This document shows positions 12,643 to 24,771 of a stretch of DNA of 64,000 nt, piece after piece. Under the pieces are notes generated by a model. The model was not told the DNA's origin and searched no databases. It saw only the letters and a list, made by a program, of their open reading frames with translations. The stretch's first letter is position 1; each line of letters opens with the position of its first letter. The DNA lies in assembly GCF_041146345.1 (NCBI RefSeq), contig NW_027191417.1:806001-870000 (forward strand), read 5' to 3'. The position numbers and the translations under genes are program-made. This DNA is from Neodothiora populina (lineage: Eukaryota).

Positions 12643-15600
12643 TAGGGTGGTGGGGTTGGGTTGGGCTTCCCTACGCGCGATGAGTCAGAGACGAGACGGT
12701 GTTGGAGTGGGAATGACGCGTTGATTGGTCGGCGCATTTGCTCTGCAGCGTCGCCACGAGAGGCGCGGCAGGAACAAGATGCCTCTCACAGGAACGAATA
12801 TAACTGTGCGACTCACTTCAACTCGTGATGGAAGCTCTCAGGAACAGTGCTATGCTGGATAGTCACTGTAGAGACGAACAGCAGGGGTTCTGGTCGGCGT
12901 CGCGGAACTTGGCAGGCGCGTGTGTGTTGAGTGTGGGTGAGAGTGTGTACAAGTATATGCGGAGAGTCGGAGACACGGAGAGTGGGTGATGATAGTGAAG
13001 TAGTATGCGCGTTGGAAACAAGGCAACGAAGTTCAGTAGACAGCAAGTAGATCTGGCAAGTAGTGTCTGGCAAGTGGAATTCGGTGTCTTTGTGTGTGCG
13101 AAAAGCTGACAGGTAGCAAGAGGGAGATATCGGGTCGACAAGCGAATGTGTGAGTGTGTATTGTGTGTGCGTATGTGTGTAGTATTATGACGGTACGGGA
13201 GTCAAGGTACACTGATGGGTTGGCAGGTGCCATTGTGCCAACCGTGGCACCGCCGTCCGCCTTGATTGGATCCCTCGACGGGGATGCCTCGAGGGGGGTC
13301 CCTCGATCGGGTGTAGGTTGGAATGAGCAGGAACAGTCAGTAGGGTACCGCGTGCCACATGCCACCTGCCACGTACCTTACCGCATACAGTTCAACCTGA
13401 AAGTCTGCGACACAGCCGTGGCGGCCAATGTCCACGGGATCCCTATGGGCCTGAGAGGGGCTCGATCCACAAACTCTAAGTTTACCCTCCGGTACCTTGA
13501 ACGAGGCCAAGGCGTCTATCATTACCTCATCTTGCCTATGGGGATACCGCATCCATCCACGCCCACTGCCATATTCCCCCCACGAGCCTGATGCTGTTCC
13601 CTGAGAGGACCGTTGTCCTGAGGCATTATTTCCCTGCGTCCATCACACACACTCTGCCATTTTCCCACGTGTCTGCGGCGCTTCCCAACGTGTACGGGTC
13701 AGCTGTGTCTTTTCTTTCTCGTTACAACAACGAAAAGCGATCCGTTCTCTAGTACGGACATGGTGTTACCTAGTCTTACCTGTCCGAGGCCTGCTGACTT
13801 GTAAATGCACCATTGTCTTATCAAGTGGCCGCCACATGCGTTGGGGCTTGTGGTTCGCTCCGAACACAGGAGCTATTATCGGGACCCCCTTTTGGGGTAA
13901 AGGCTCCAAGTCCTATCTCGCTAAGCCCACGCTGGAGTTTATCTACAAGCATCTCCAAATCATGCTGCTGTAGCCGCTCTTGTTGGCTTCCCGTCATATG
14001 ACGGCCGCACTCAACATCTTACTGTCCATTCGATTTAATTCTATCATGCCATGCTCAACACAAGGCTACAAAAGCCGATTGCGAATGCCCTCGACACACA
14101 GTACATTCTGTGGTTACAGCACACACTGTCGTTCCGACCCACAGCACAAAGAGCGAATCGGCCGATCGTTGTCATTCGCGGGCCGTCGCGCGTCGACTGC
14201 CCTTATCTTCGACTCCGCCGGCGTTGCCGGCCTCCTGCAATGTAAGAGTACAGTACAGAAGAGCACTCTATCATGCAGTCCTTGCAATTCAAATGTTACT
14301 TGTATTGTACCTTATCTCCCTTAGGAAGTAAAGGATGACTGCCTCTATGCCCCACTACCTGCCGTCAAGAATGCTGTAAGTTAGACAGCGCATGCGCTGT
14401 CCAGAAGAGCCGCCAGTTAAGAAGAGCGACGGTAGTCTCGGAGCCAGCATCGAACTCCGCAAGTCATGTCCACTCGTCACTCGAGGCAAGTTCCCGCTGG
14501 GCTCACGTTGACGACGCGCACAGCACATGTCGTAATGAACATAAGAAGTAAATTCGGAGTCTCATCCTTAAGCGATTACAAATCGTGAACAGACACTCGT
14601 CACAGAAATCCACGTAAGACTGCTGGCTTCCGAAGGGTGATGATTCATGCCTCGTTATTCCGAACTTACTACACGACACTGTGACACTCCGACTTCAGTC
14701 TGCCCAATTCATTCACGTTCTTTCCAAGCCTCCTGCTGTCACTTGAGAATGTAAGCCGCCTACTTCTGACGTGGAACCGTACTGAGTCATATCCAAAAGA
14801 GTTCCGTGTGCGTGGTCTCTTGGTCATGACACAGTGAAGAGGTCAGTGCTATGTGATAGTCAACATAATTCACTCGTTGGGCCAGGACTCCGTCCGACTC
14901 ACACCACAAGACTTGCATCCACAGCCACCTCCTCAGCAGGAAGAGGAGCAGCAGGTTGAGCAATCGCAGTCGCCCATGTCTGCTATGTTTGTTACCTTGA
15001 TCTTAGGGGGAAAAGCGTGAGATACGAAGATAAGTGTGTCCACTTTGAGTGGCAAAGACGAGTTCGAAGGTTTTTGCAAGGAGAGAAACAGGAAAGGTGA
15101 TTGACCTCGAGGACCATTATATATGTCGTTCGCCAGTATGATTCGCCCAGGCAGAACCTGAAAAAGGTTTGCTCAGATGCAATGCATGAGGAAGAGGGGG
15201 TCTACTTGGTATGCGAGAGCTGATGGATTGCCAACTCATAACTCATGCAGAACCAAGACTTGCGCAAGCAGATCTTGTGAGGGGATGGTTTCGAGGATGT
15301 ATCTGCTGGTGGATTGAATCCATGGTAGACGCAGGGTCAGGTAGCCACTGCTACCGCAGGCGAATTGGAGCTCCGCTATCAGGTAGGCTGCCACATTGAA
15401 AATGCGCGGCGTATATTTCGTTGGTGCTCAAAGGAGGGCAGAGTTCCGAGCGAAGTCGCCGGTCGTCCAGCATCCGGTGAGCTTGACCGAGAAAACCCAA
15501 ACACCTGTTCAGGTCGTCGTAATGTGGATTGGAGCGATCTGACCACTACGGTACTCGATAGTGGACGAAAACGGAACGCTTCTATCCGTCTATACCAGGT

Positions 15601-16088
15601 GGTCTCGCGTCCGCGAGTCCGCGGACCTCCATCGTGGTGAGCTCGTGTCGCAAGAAGATGACTTGAGGTAATTGGCAGCAGGACCTTAGTCGAACATGTA
15701 TCACTGTCGTGCAAGTGTTCCGGCGAGATTCAGCAACAAGAACCACTGGGGAGTCGTAGATATGTATACGTTTTGTATGATTGATATGGCACGAGTATGG
15801 CTAAGACTTTTAGGTTGGATTTGTATTAAGGGGACGAGAGTGCACGGGCCGACAGCGGGGGAATGCTCCTCCAATCACGGAGAGTGGTGTATTTGTCGCT
15901 GTTTACTGAACCACGAAAACATTGAACCAAGCAAGCTCGCCTCATTCCCACGATATAATATCTGTACCAACTTTTCTTTTTTGCGCTCGCCATAATCTCC
16001 CGCCTCTGCCTCAGCTGAAACAAACCTTGACACCGTCGAACCAAGGAAGAAACATATAGTCGACCAGATAACTGCAAACTGGGCCAAG

Positions 16089-17218
16089 ATGGGTGAATCA
16101 AGGTGAATAATCTACAACTGCGATGCGCATGAGGGGTTGAAAGAGGGACATCACTGACCAGACTCCCAGACAAGAGCTACTGGCTTGGGTCAACGGCCTC
16201 CTCCAGCTAAATCTTACCAAAGTCGAGCAATGCGGCACCGGGTATGATTTCTTGTCCCACCGCAAAATGCTGCCTGCGCGGGAGGCGCCCTTGCCAGATC
16301 CGACTGACCATGATACAGTGCACCTTACTGCCAGATTTACGACAGTATTTTCCGTATGTCAAAGAACTGAGAACCAGGGCTCAACGAGAGACAAGAAGAA
16401 GAGCTGACAGTAGCGCAGTCGACTTGCCCATGTCTCGGGTGAAGTTCAGTGTCAACTCAGAATACGCCTACCTCGAGAACTTCAAGATTCTCAGCAGTAA
16501 GATACATCCTGGACGTTCCCATGCACGACAGCACATACTGATCTGGTCTCTCACTCGTAGACACTTTCCGCAAGCATCGAATTGATCACCCTGTACCAGT
16601 GGAGCAGTTGGTGAAGTGCAAGATGCAGGACAACCTAGAGTTCTTGCAGTGGACAAAGAGATACTGGGACCAATACTACCCTGGTAAGATGCAGCGAATA
16701 CTGTCAAGCAAGGAATATAGGACTCACAAATATGTTCACAGGCGGCGACTACGACGCCCTAGCAAGGAGAAAGGGTGCTCCCGGCGGTCCCTCGGCATCT
16801 ACTCCAGGAGGCAGAACCTCGACCACTGCACGGAGACCCGTCGCTAGCACGACAGGAGGAGCAAGGACCCGTACACCACTCGGAGGTGGCGGAGCTGTCA
16901 ACGCAGCACTGCAGCAAGAAAACAATGCGCTCAAGGAAACGGTTCAGGGCTTGGAGCGCGAGCGTGACTTTTACTTCAGCAAACTACGGGACATTGAACT
17001 ACTCGTTCAAGGAGCCATCGATGCTGACCCCGAGCTGGACAAGGAGGAGGACGGTCTCCTGAAGCAGATCCAGGCTATCCTCTACTCGACAGAGGTAAGA
17101 CACTGCTAAAACTGTGCCCATCATCTAGTGATGCATGACTGACGCGCTCAATCGACAGGAGGGATTCGAGATCCCAGCCGAGGTCGAAGGAGAGTTGGTA
17201 GAGGAAGAGACATTCTAG
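16089..17218 (+). CDS. BIM1: Microtubule plus-end binding protein EB1 (Bim1/Mal3); 7 exons: 16089-16102, 16170-16241, 16319-16353, 16419-16496, 16561-16683, 16742-17094, 17159-17218
   Basis: MGESRQELLAWVN CH domain, LVKCKMQDNLEFLQW, EBH motif LERERDFYFSKLRDIE, acidic EEETF tail. Six GT-AG introns. Confidence 0.95.
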
Positions 17219-18141
17219 ATGATACCCCGTCATTCCTGGCGTTGAGCGTTTAGCGATTCTTTCGCCTCTCTCTCGGGCATAAGAAAGAACAAGCACAGGC
17301 AGTCACATCTGCTACAGTGGAGGAATAGGGCAAGGGGGGGATATGCTCGATGAGTGTGCAGCAGGTCTGTGATTGATAGAAAATGCGTTGATGAGCACGA
17401 AAGACCAGTAAAAGAAGTGTTGGCCTATCGCAGCCACAACATGCCTCCAGATGGCGAAGGTCATTCGAGGACAACACGAGGCTGTGACCCATGGTCGACT
17501 ATTTGGCCGCAAAGATTGTTAGACCGCCTCCGGTGCATACATGGTCAATGACCTCGAAATGGAAGAAAAGGTTTCCTAATCGTCGTTTCTAAATGTCATG
17601 TGGGCCAAGCTAGGCAGCATGTCTTTTACGTCTCTGGGTGTTATGTACTGTTAGACCATTGCACGTGTCCAGGCTGCTGATCGTGAACGACGGGGTGTTC
17701 TTAGTGCGGTGTAGGTATGGTGGGACCTGGGAGCCTCCAGTGCACGAGCCAAGGATGATGACTTCACGCGGCATTGATATTGATCATACCTTGGATTAAT
17801 CGCTCTGCACGTGCTGTAACTTGTGATTGTTGCTCCAAGACTTCAATCTGCGTGAGGTAGCGCATTTACACGCTTCTTGTATTTGTTGATTGTTGCCTGT
17901 CGTACAGTGTATCTTTGGCTTGTCTCGTCGCTAAAGCAGAACATACAGTGAAGCGATTACAATACAGCATACACTACATGCTGCTTTCACTTCAAGTAGG
18001 TATACAACTGCACACCATTGCGTAAACCGCGCCTACCTTATCTGTATACAAACCAATAGTGTTTCAACCCTTTCCTCCATGAGGCAACCATAATACACTA
18101 CTCTACTTCGCCCAACAAGACAAATAAAAAGAAAAGAAAAG

Positions 18142-19326
18142 ATGCCACAGCCACTCCAGATCTCCGTCCCGGAGACATCACTCTCATCCGGCGACAAACC
18201 CTACACTCTATATCATGTACAACTGACGCTTCCCATCCGCATCCACGAGACGAGCAAACGCTACTCGGACTTTGTCGACCTGCACGCCGCCTTGGTGTCG
18301 CAGACCGGGCTTCCGCCTCCAGCGACTCTACCCCCTAAAACCTGGCTGCGGCGAACAGTCGGCAACCCGACGTTGACAGAGTCCAGACGGCATGACCTGG
18401 AAGTGTATCTGCGGGCGATAGTCGACACGGAGGATAACCGATGGCGCGCGAGCAGCGCATGGCGCTCGTTCCTCAATCTCCCCGGCGGCGGCGGCGACTT
18501 GAACAACAACAGCAACGGCAGGACGAAACAAGCAATGGGTGTGCCCCAGGGCATGATCACCGACCCGGCGCAATGGCTAGACGTACACCGGGACGTCCGG
18601 ACACAGATCCACAACGCCAGAGGTCTACTGAAGAAGCGCGAGGGCGCGCAAACAGCGCAGGAACAACACGCCGTCAGCGCCGAGGCCAAAGCGTCTCTCG
18701 TGCGGGCCGCGGCAGGCATCGCCCGACTGGAGGACTCACTCACGGCGCTGAGTCGGAAGAAGGGCGATGACGACGACGACGACGACGACGACGACGGAGG
18801 GTGGGGCGGGAATGCGAAACTGGGCGATGGCGAAATCAGAAGACGAAAAGACCTGATCGGCACGAGCAAAAAGGAAATCGAGAGTCTCGAGAGCAGTCTG
18901 AAGGCCTTGATCGTCAAGAACGCAGGGAGCATGCTCAATGGCTCCAGCGGCGGAGCAGCAGCGACCAGCGCAGACAAGGAAGCGCTATGGAAAGGCACCG
19001 GGGCGGCATCATCATCATCATCATCATCGAATGGCCAACGACCTCAACGCTCCGGAAGAGTTCTCGGCGGCTCATTCAAGGAAACCGACAGGACAAGAGA
19101 GCTGAACAACACCGGCGTCCTGCAGCTGCAGAAACAAGTCATGGCCGAGCAAGAGCAGGACGTGTTGGAGATTGGAAAGGCGGTCAGCAGGATGAAGGAG
19201 ATGGGCATCATGATCAACGAGGAACTCGTCGTGCAGAACCAGATGCTGGATCTCACGGAGCAAGACGTCGACAGGGTCGGTGGCAAGATCGCGGTTGCGA
19301 AGAAGAAGATTGACAAGATTAGCTAG
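18142..19326 (+). CDS. VAM7: Vacuolar Qc-SNARE Vam7 (PX domain plus SNARE motif, no TM)
   Basis: PX motifs KRYSDF, LPPK, RRHDLEVYL. C-terminal SNARE ELNNTGVLQLQKQVM..INEELVVQNQML. Poly-D and poly-S microsatellite tracts. Confidence 0.9.
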   Translation: MPQPLQISVPETSLSSGDKPYTLYHVQLTLPIRIHETSKRYSDFVDLHAALVSQTGLPPPATLPPKTWLRRTVGNPTLTESRRHDLEVYLRAIVDTEDNRWRASSAWRSFLNLPGGGGDLNNNSNGRTKQAMGVPQGMITDPAQWLDVHRDVRTQIHNARGLLKKREGAQTAQEQHAVSAEAKASLVRAAAGIARLEDSLTALSRKKGDDDDDDDDDDGGWGGNAKLGDGEIRRRKDLIGTSKKEIESLESSLKALIVKNAGSMLNGSSGGAAATSADKEALWKGTGAASSSSSSSNGQRPQRSGRVLGGSFKETDRTRELNNTGVLQLQKQVMAEQEQDVLEIGKAVSRMKEMGIMINEELVVQNQMLDLTEQDVDRVGGKIAVAKKKIDKIS

Positions 19327-19542
19327 AGACGAGGTGGTGTGCGCTCTTGGGAGAATGAACAGAGAGAAAAAGAGTGATGATACGTATAATGTGGTTGATG
19401 TTTTTGCTTTTGCTTTTTTCTCGCATTCTTCTACTTCTTCGCATATGTCTATATACCCTGTAGCGTTCGAGCGACTCCCCCATGTTCTCTATCATCTAAA
19501 TCAAACGCAGACCATCCTATCTTCGACATTGAAAAATCACAC

Positions 19543-21216
19543 TCACCGATTAATCTTCTCCAGCCCTCTTCTCCTCTTACCCTTGACATCTCTGCCCTCC
19601 TCGATAGAAAGCAACGCCTCCCTCTTCTTGTCGCCAACAACATTCAACGCATCCCTGACAACGCGCGTCTCCACACTGACGCCCTCCTCCTTGTACTCGT
19701 CCATTTTCTTCCCCACCCTGTCCTCGATGGCCTGCACGAGCGCCACGTCCCTCTGGCCCACAAGGCTAATACTCGTGCCCTCCCTCCCCGCTCTCGCCGT
19801 TCGTCCGACGCGATGGATATAGTCGTCCGGGTCGCGCGGCAAATCGTAGTTGATCACGAGCCCGACATCAGGGATATCCAGACCGCGGGCGGCGACGTCT
19901 GTCGCGACGAGGATGCGCGCTGCGCGGGCGCGGAAGCGCGCCAGGTTGTTGATTCGCTCCGTGTGGTGCAGGGCCGAGTGCAGGGATGTGACGCGGTGGT
20001 CGAGCAGGCGCAGCATGTGCTCGAGCAGGTTGGCGGTCGAGGTGCGGTTTGCGAAGATGACGACTGACTTGTCGAGGTTGAGGGGCGTCGAGAGCAGCAC
20101 GTGCAGGTATTTCTCCTTGTGCACTACGTTCACTAGCTGGTAGGTTTGCGTGAGGGTCGGTGGGATGGCTAGGTCTTCTGTGTCGACTTCGCAGATGAAG
20201 ACGGGCGGTTTTCCCGGTGTTCGAGGCATGTCTTTCAAAGCGCGCACTTCGGGGGTCACGGTGGCGGTGAAGAGACAGGTTTGTCGCTTTGCTGCTGGGG
20301 GGAGCGCCGAGAGACAGGTTTCGACGTCCGGGAGCATGCTGCCTTTGCCGGATGCTAGGAGCCGATCTGCTTCGTCTAGCACGATGAAGCGTGCTCGTCG
20401 GAGTCCGCAGATGGTGTCTTCGCCTGACGTCCTGATGTGGTCTGCTAGTCTTCCTGGGGTGGCGATCACCACGTGAGGCCGTTTCGACAGGTCGATCGCC
20501 TGCGCTCTCATGTCTCCGCCGCCGGTCACTAGGACGGGCTTCAGAGATTGGGGTGCTGAAATTGCTTTGAATTGTTCAAAGATCTGTAGCGCAAGCTCTC
20601 TGCGAAAGGAAGATTAGTCTACCTGTCAATATAGTTTCTTGGGCGTCACAAACCTCGTCGGCGTCAAAACTACAGCAAATATGCCCACCGGATCTCTCGC
20701 CCACTGCTGCAAGATTGGAACCGCAAAAGCCACGGTTTTTCCGGAACCAGTTCGACTGCCGCCGATACAGTCTCTGCCTTTTAGGATCTCGGGAATACAT
20801 CCTTGCTGGATACCGGTCGGGTTCTTGATGGCCATATTCGACAGGGAAGCCACAAGCCAAGGGTCGACATCAATGGCAGCGAAACTCGTTTTCTCTTTGA
20901 TCGAGGCTTGAATCGTAGACGGGATGTTATTGTCATTATGCACGGCTTGGCTTGGTCTTGCCTTGATACGGCTCAATGTACTAATCGGTGCAGGTAAGAC
21001 TGGTCGGGGCACCGAGTCCGAGTCTGAGTCTGAGCCTGAACCGGATCCTGTGGGTGACAGTCGTCTTCTCTTGCGCGAGCCATTCTGCTCCAGATCTACC
21101 GGACTGGTCGACCGCTGGCTGGGAGCACTGTCATTGTCGCTGTCACTGTTGGAGTCTGAGCGAGTTCTTCTGCTGGGCTTCTGCCCAGTCTTGGATTTAG
21201 ACACAGACGAAGGCAT
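19543..21216 (-). CDS. DBP8: DEAD-box RNA helicase Dbp8; exons 21216-20654, 20599-19543
   Basis: Q motif [21 protein letters not shown] (across the intron), TPGRL, DEAD, FTAT variant of motif [18 protein letters not shown]. Confidence 0.92.
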
Positions 21217-21323
21217 TTGGTCACAGCCTTCTTGGTTATATAAGTCCGTCGGGCGACTTTATTTGCATGTCATCTAAAAGAAAAAGTCAAGGATAGATGT
21301 GAATTTCAAAGCTTTATATCAAT

Positions 21324-21334
21324 CACGTGACGTG
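21324..21334. promoter_or_regulatory. TCACGTGA E-box (Cbf1-type bHLH site) about 110 bp upstream of DBP8
   Basis: Palindrome TCACGTGA overlapping TGACGT. A similar TCACGTG lies at about 48744-48750 upstream of RPL16. Function is inferred. Confidence 0.45.
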
Positions 21335-22130
21335 CAACTACTGTGCTCTTAGTGACAGAAACAAATGGTACTACCAACAGAATAACTATAACTTGACTAC
21401 ATCTGTATAGAGTGCTAGGACGATTATCAGTGTCGTCCATACAAATCGTTGGTGCAGCAGGCTTGATGAACATTTTCTCCGATTGACCACCTTGATGATA
21501 GATAGTCCGACGATACAAAATATGTCACCGTACGTTGTTCGCACCGCACGGTTCTTGGCGACAAGGGGAAGGAAAAGTGGTCCAGGTCCGACGGGCCGAA
21601 GATAGAGTGAAAAGGCAAAAGCAAAATCGAGGTGTGGCCAGTGCCTGTTTATTTGTTACTGGGACTTACTGTATCAAGTGTACCTTTGTATGGAGACTTG
21701 CAGTAAAGGTAGCTAAGGTCCGGTAACTTACTCCATGTACAGTAGGTACTTTATGGCGAGGTGCAGGTCATTTGTCTCGTGTTTACACCTTCGATGCGTC
21801 TTTGTTGATTCGTGTCGAACGCGCTCTCGTCTCCTCTGTTCTTCCCCTCTTGTTGTCCGATCGATCTTCAGTCAGTGCCTAAAGCATTGCAGTCTGCAGT
21901 CCTTTGTACTGATACGTATCGAGTTGATCACCGCCGTTTCAACTTCTGATACGCTTTCCTCTCCCACCCCAAGCCCAGCTTAACGGCCTCTTTATCTGGA
22001 TCGTCTATTTACGGCTTGACTATACACTTTCCAACGCTCGTGTATACCTGGTTTTCCTCGATCGCGTTTCTGGACATTCGCGACACGTCGTAATACGCAA
22101 AAGCAACCAAAGAACAGCAACAGCAACAGC

Positions 22131-24771
22131 ATGGCTCGACGCACATCGGCCAGGCTCCGGGCCAAGGTGTCGTCGACGCCTCAGGTAAGGCAATCCTGTA
22201 TTGTGACAAAATCACGCGCAGACGTGTGGCCGACTGATCTCTTGTTCTTTGTAGCCACAGAGAGTGTCCAACTTGGAGGAAACTGACCCAATCCGCACAC
22301 CCAAGACAGCGCCCAGGTTGACGTCTGTGGCCGAGACTGATGAAATGCCCGGAGCCTTCCCACAGTCATATTCGCCCATCCTCTCGCCCTCGACGACTGA
22401 CAAGCACCCCAGTCAATTGGAAGAACACATCGCACAAGCAATCACCGGCCAACATGCCACGCCTAAGCGCGTCACCCCCATCAAGCCTGCTGTCAGAGAA
22501 ATGCATCCCCAGAAATACCACATGAGCACGGCGAAGCCCCTCGACGAAGCGAGATGGCTGGGTTTCTCCAGCATGACCGCCGCTCCTCACACCGAGCCCG
22601 CCAAAGGAAGAGGCCGCATCAGCGACGTCGACAAGCTCGCAGCCGCCCAGGCGACCCCTACCAAGGCCCAAGTGACCAGACCGGCCTTTGAGCCTCCACA
22701 GAAGTTTGACTTTACCTTCAGTCGCCCCTCGCTGGGTCTCAGCCCAGAGGCGCGGAAACTCATGTCGGAGAAGAGAGAAGAAGCGGCAAAGATCAGAGAA
22801 CAGATGCTGGCCACCGAGCCTTCCTCGGCTGCTTCGGCCACAGAACTCCTCGCACGCAAGATGGCCACTCCCAAAGGCAAAGCTGGACGCTTCAGTGATG
22901 TTCACATGTCCGCATTTGAGAAAATGGACTCGATTGAAAACCACCCCGCTGCTTTGCGAGCTGACACCAAAGCTACCAACGCTGCTTCTGCAAGCGCTGC
23001 CGAGTCTTCGCGCAAGAGGACTCACTCAAAGGCTGATCTCAAGCAATCTTCGCAGCTTCCACCGCGCTCGACTTCCAAACCCAGCCTGCAGCGACCCACC
23101 ACTGGAGCCAGTGAGGGTCCCGCCAAACGCGTCAAGCGCGCTGCAGAGGATGATGTTGCCACCGCTCGTCCTACTTCGTCTTCTTCGGCGGACACTCCCT
23201 CGACCCCTCGCCAGTCCAAATCACTTCGCTTCCACCCTTCGAATCCGAACTTGTCCAGGGGCAATCGCACACCCACCACTTCTATGAAGCCCCGCCCGTC
23301 CAGCATCAAGTCAGTCAAGCGTACCGGAATCCCTACCTTGTCTCGTAGTCCTTCAAAGCCAACCTTGCCTGCTGCTCCAACCTTTTCTGCAGCAGCGCAG
23401 CCGAAGCAGCAGCAGTCGACTCCGCTACTTGCGCGCTCGCCCTCCAAGCCTCCTGTTCCCGCCGCACTCGCTGTTGCAACGCACCCCGAACCTCAAAGCC
23501 CTCTGCTCAGCCGCAGCGCAATCAAACCGCAGGTCACAAGACCACTTGTGACCGAAGAGGATGGTGAAGCTGAGCCTGCTGACGCGACTCGCTACATGTC
23601 TCGTTCTCCCTCCAAGATGACTTTTAAAGAGACAGTGGAAACCGGAGAGAAGCCGAGCAGGACTCCTCTGTTGGCGCGATCGCCTTCCAAGATTGCCATC
23701 CCGGAGGCCTTCAACCACACCAGTGCTACACCTGCCAAGGCCTCGGGAGGCAGCCTCATGGCGCGGTTCAACTTGCTTCGCGCTTCCCCCATCAAATCCA
23801 TCCTGCGCACTCCGCAGCGTTTGTACTCGAATGATCCCGCCAAGGTAGCCAATGGAACCCACTTTGCTACGCCCGAGAAGGCTGTTGGCTCAGACATCCG
23901 TACTATGAATGCGCCGCCAAAGACCGCCCCAGTGCGCAAACATGTTGACTTCACCGCTTCTACCAAGGGTCTAGCTGGACGTGAGGAGACAGCCTCCGCG
24001 GCGCCCAAGGCCCCAGCTGCCCACCTCGCCACACCAGAAAAGCCAGACCCGGACGCCGACAACATTGCCAACGCTGTTCCTCCCAAGACTGCGCCGGTAC
24101 AGAAGACAGTGGACCGTGACAGCTCGGACAAGCATACGGACGAAGCCGAGACACCCTCCAAGCCAGTGTTCCGAGATCTCAGCAAGGGCGCCACTTTCGG
24201 AAGTGCCCCAGCACAGCCGGTGTTCTCTTACCCAAAACTCCCAGACCATGAAACTTCAGCTACCAAAAAGGGTGGTCGACGCAAGACCATGGCGCTCGGC
24301 AGCGACTTTACCTTCCGTGCCGGCGATGCCATTTCGTTCGCGCCCTCTTCAACGAGCACAGCAGGCCCCGCCAAGAACACGAACGCCTCCATTCGCCACG
24401 TCGGTGTCGAGCCCGAGATGATGCAGTCAATCGGCAAGAAGCGCAAGCTGTCCGGCATTACTGAGCAAAGCAAAGCTGCTCCAGCCTCGACCTCCAAGCA
24501 CGAATCAAGCGACAAAGAGAACGGTGGCGCCGTCGACGAGTCCGAAAGCGAGCAGCAGCAGCGTCCCGCGAAGAAAGCCAGGTCCATCGCCCCTGAGCCT
24601 GCTGCTGCTGCTGCTGCTGCTGCTGCCGCCACGCCCAAGCCTATGAAGACACCCAGGAAATACTCCACCTTGGGCGTCAAACCAAAGTCGACCAGCAAGC
24701 CCAAGGAGAAACGACCTGGTTTCCTCAGCCAGGCCAGACTTAACGCTCTGGCTACTCCCAAGCGTCGCTGA
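22131..24771 (+). CDS. Basic Ser/Pro/Thr-rich, largely disordered protein; candidate NuSAP-like microtubule-associated protein; exons 22131-22184, 22255-24771
   Basis: ATG 22131 (MARRTSARLRAK) is joined in frame by GT-AG intron 22185-22254 to the 835-codon ORF. The functional call is inference (see findings). Confidence 0.85.

Noticed and set aside
15211..15995. Short ORFs upstream of EB1 and in other intergenic stretches (9-11 kb, 29 kb, 51-52 kb, 62.6-64 kb)
   Set aside because: No motifs, codon bias or coherent splice structure; likely UTR or promoter DNA.
19496..19546. Possible terminal intron overlapping the DBP8 stop (CG|GTGAGT..TTAG|ATGA)
   Set aside because: The branch site is weak and the protein is identical (Arg-stop) whether spliced or not.
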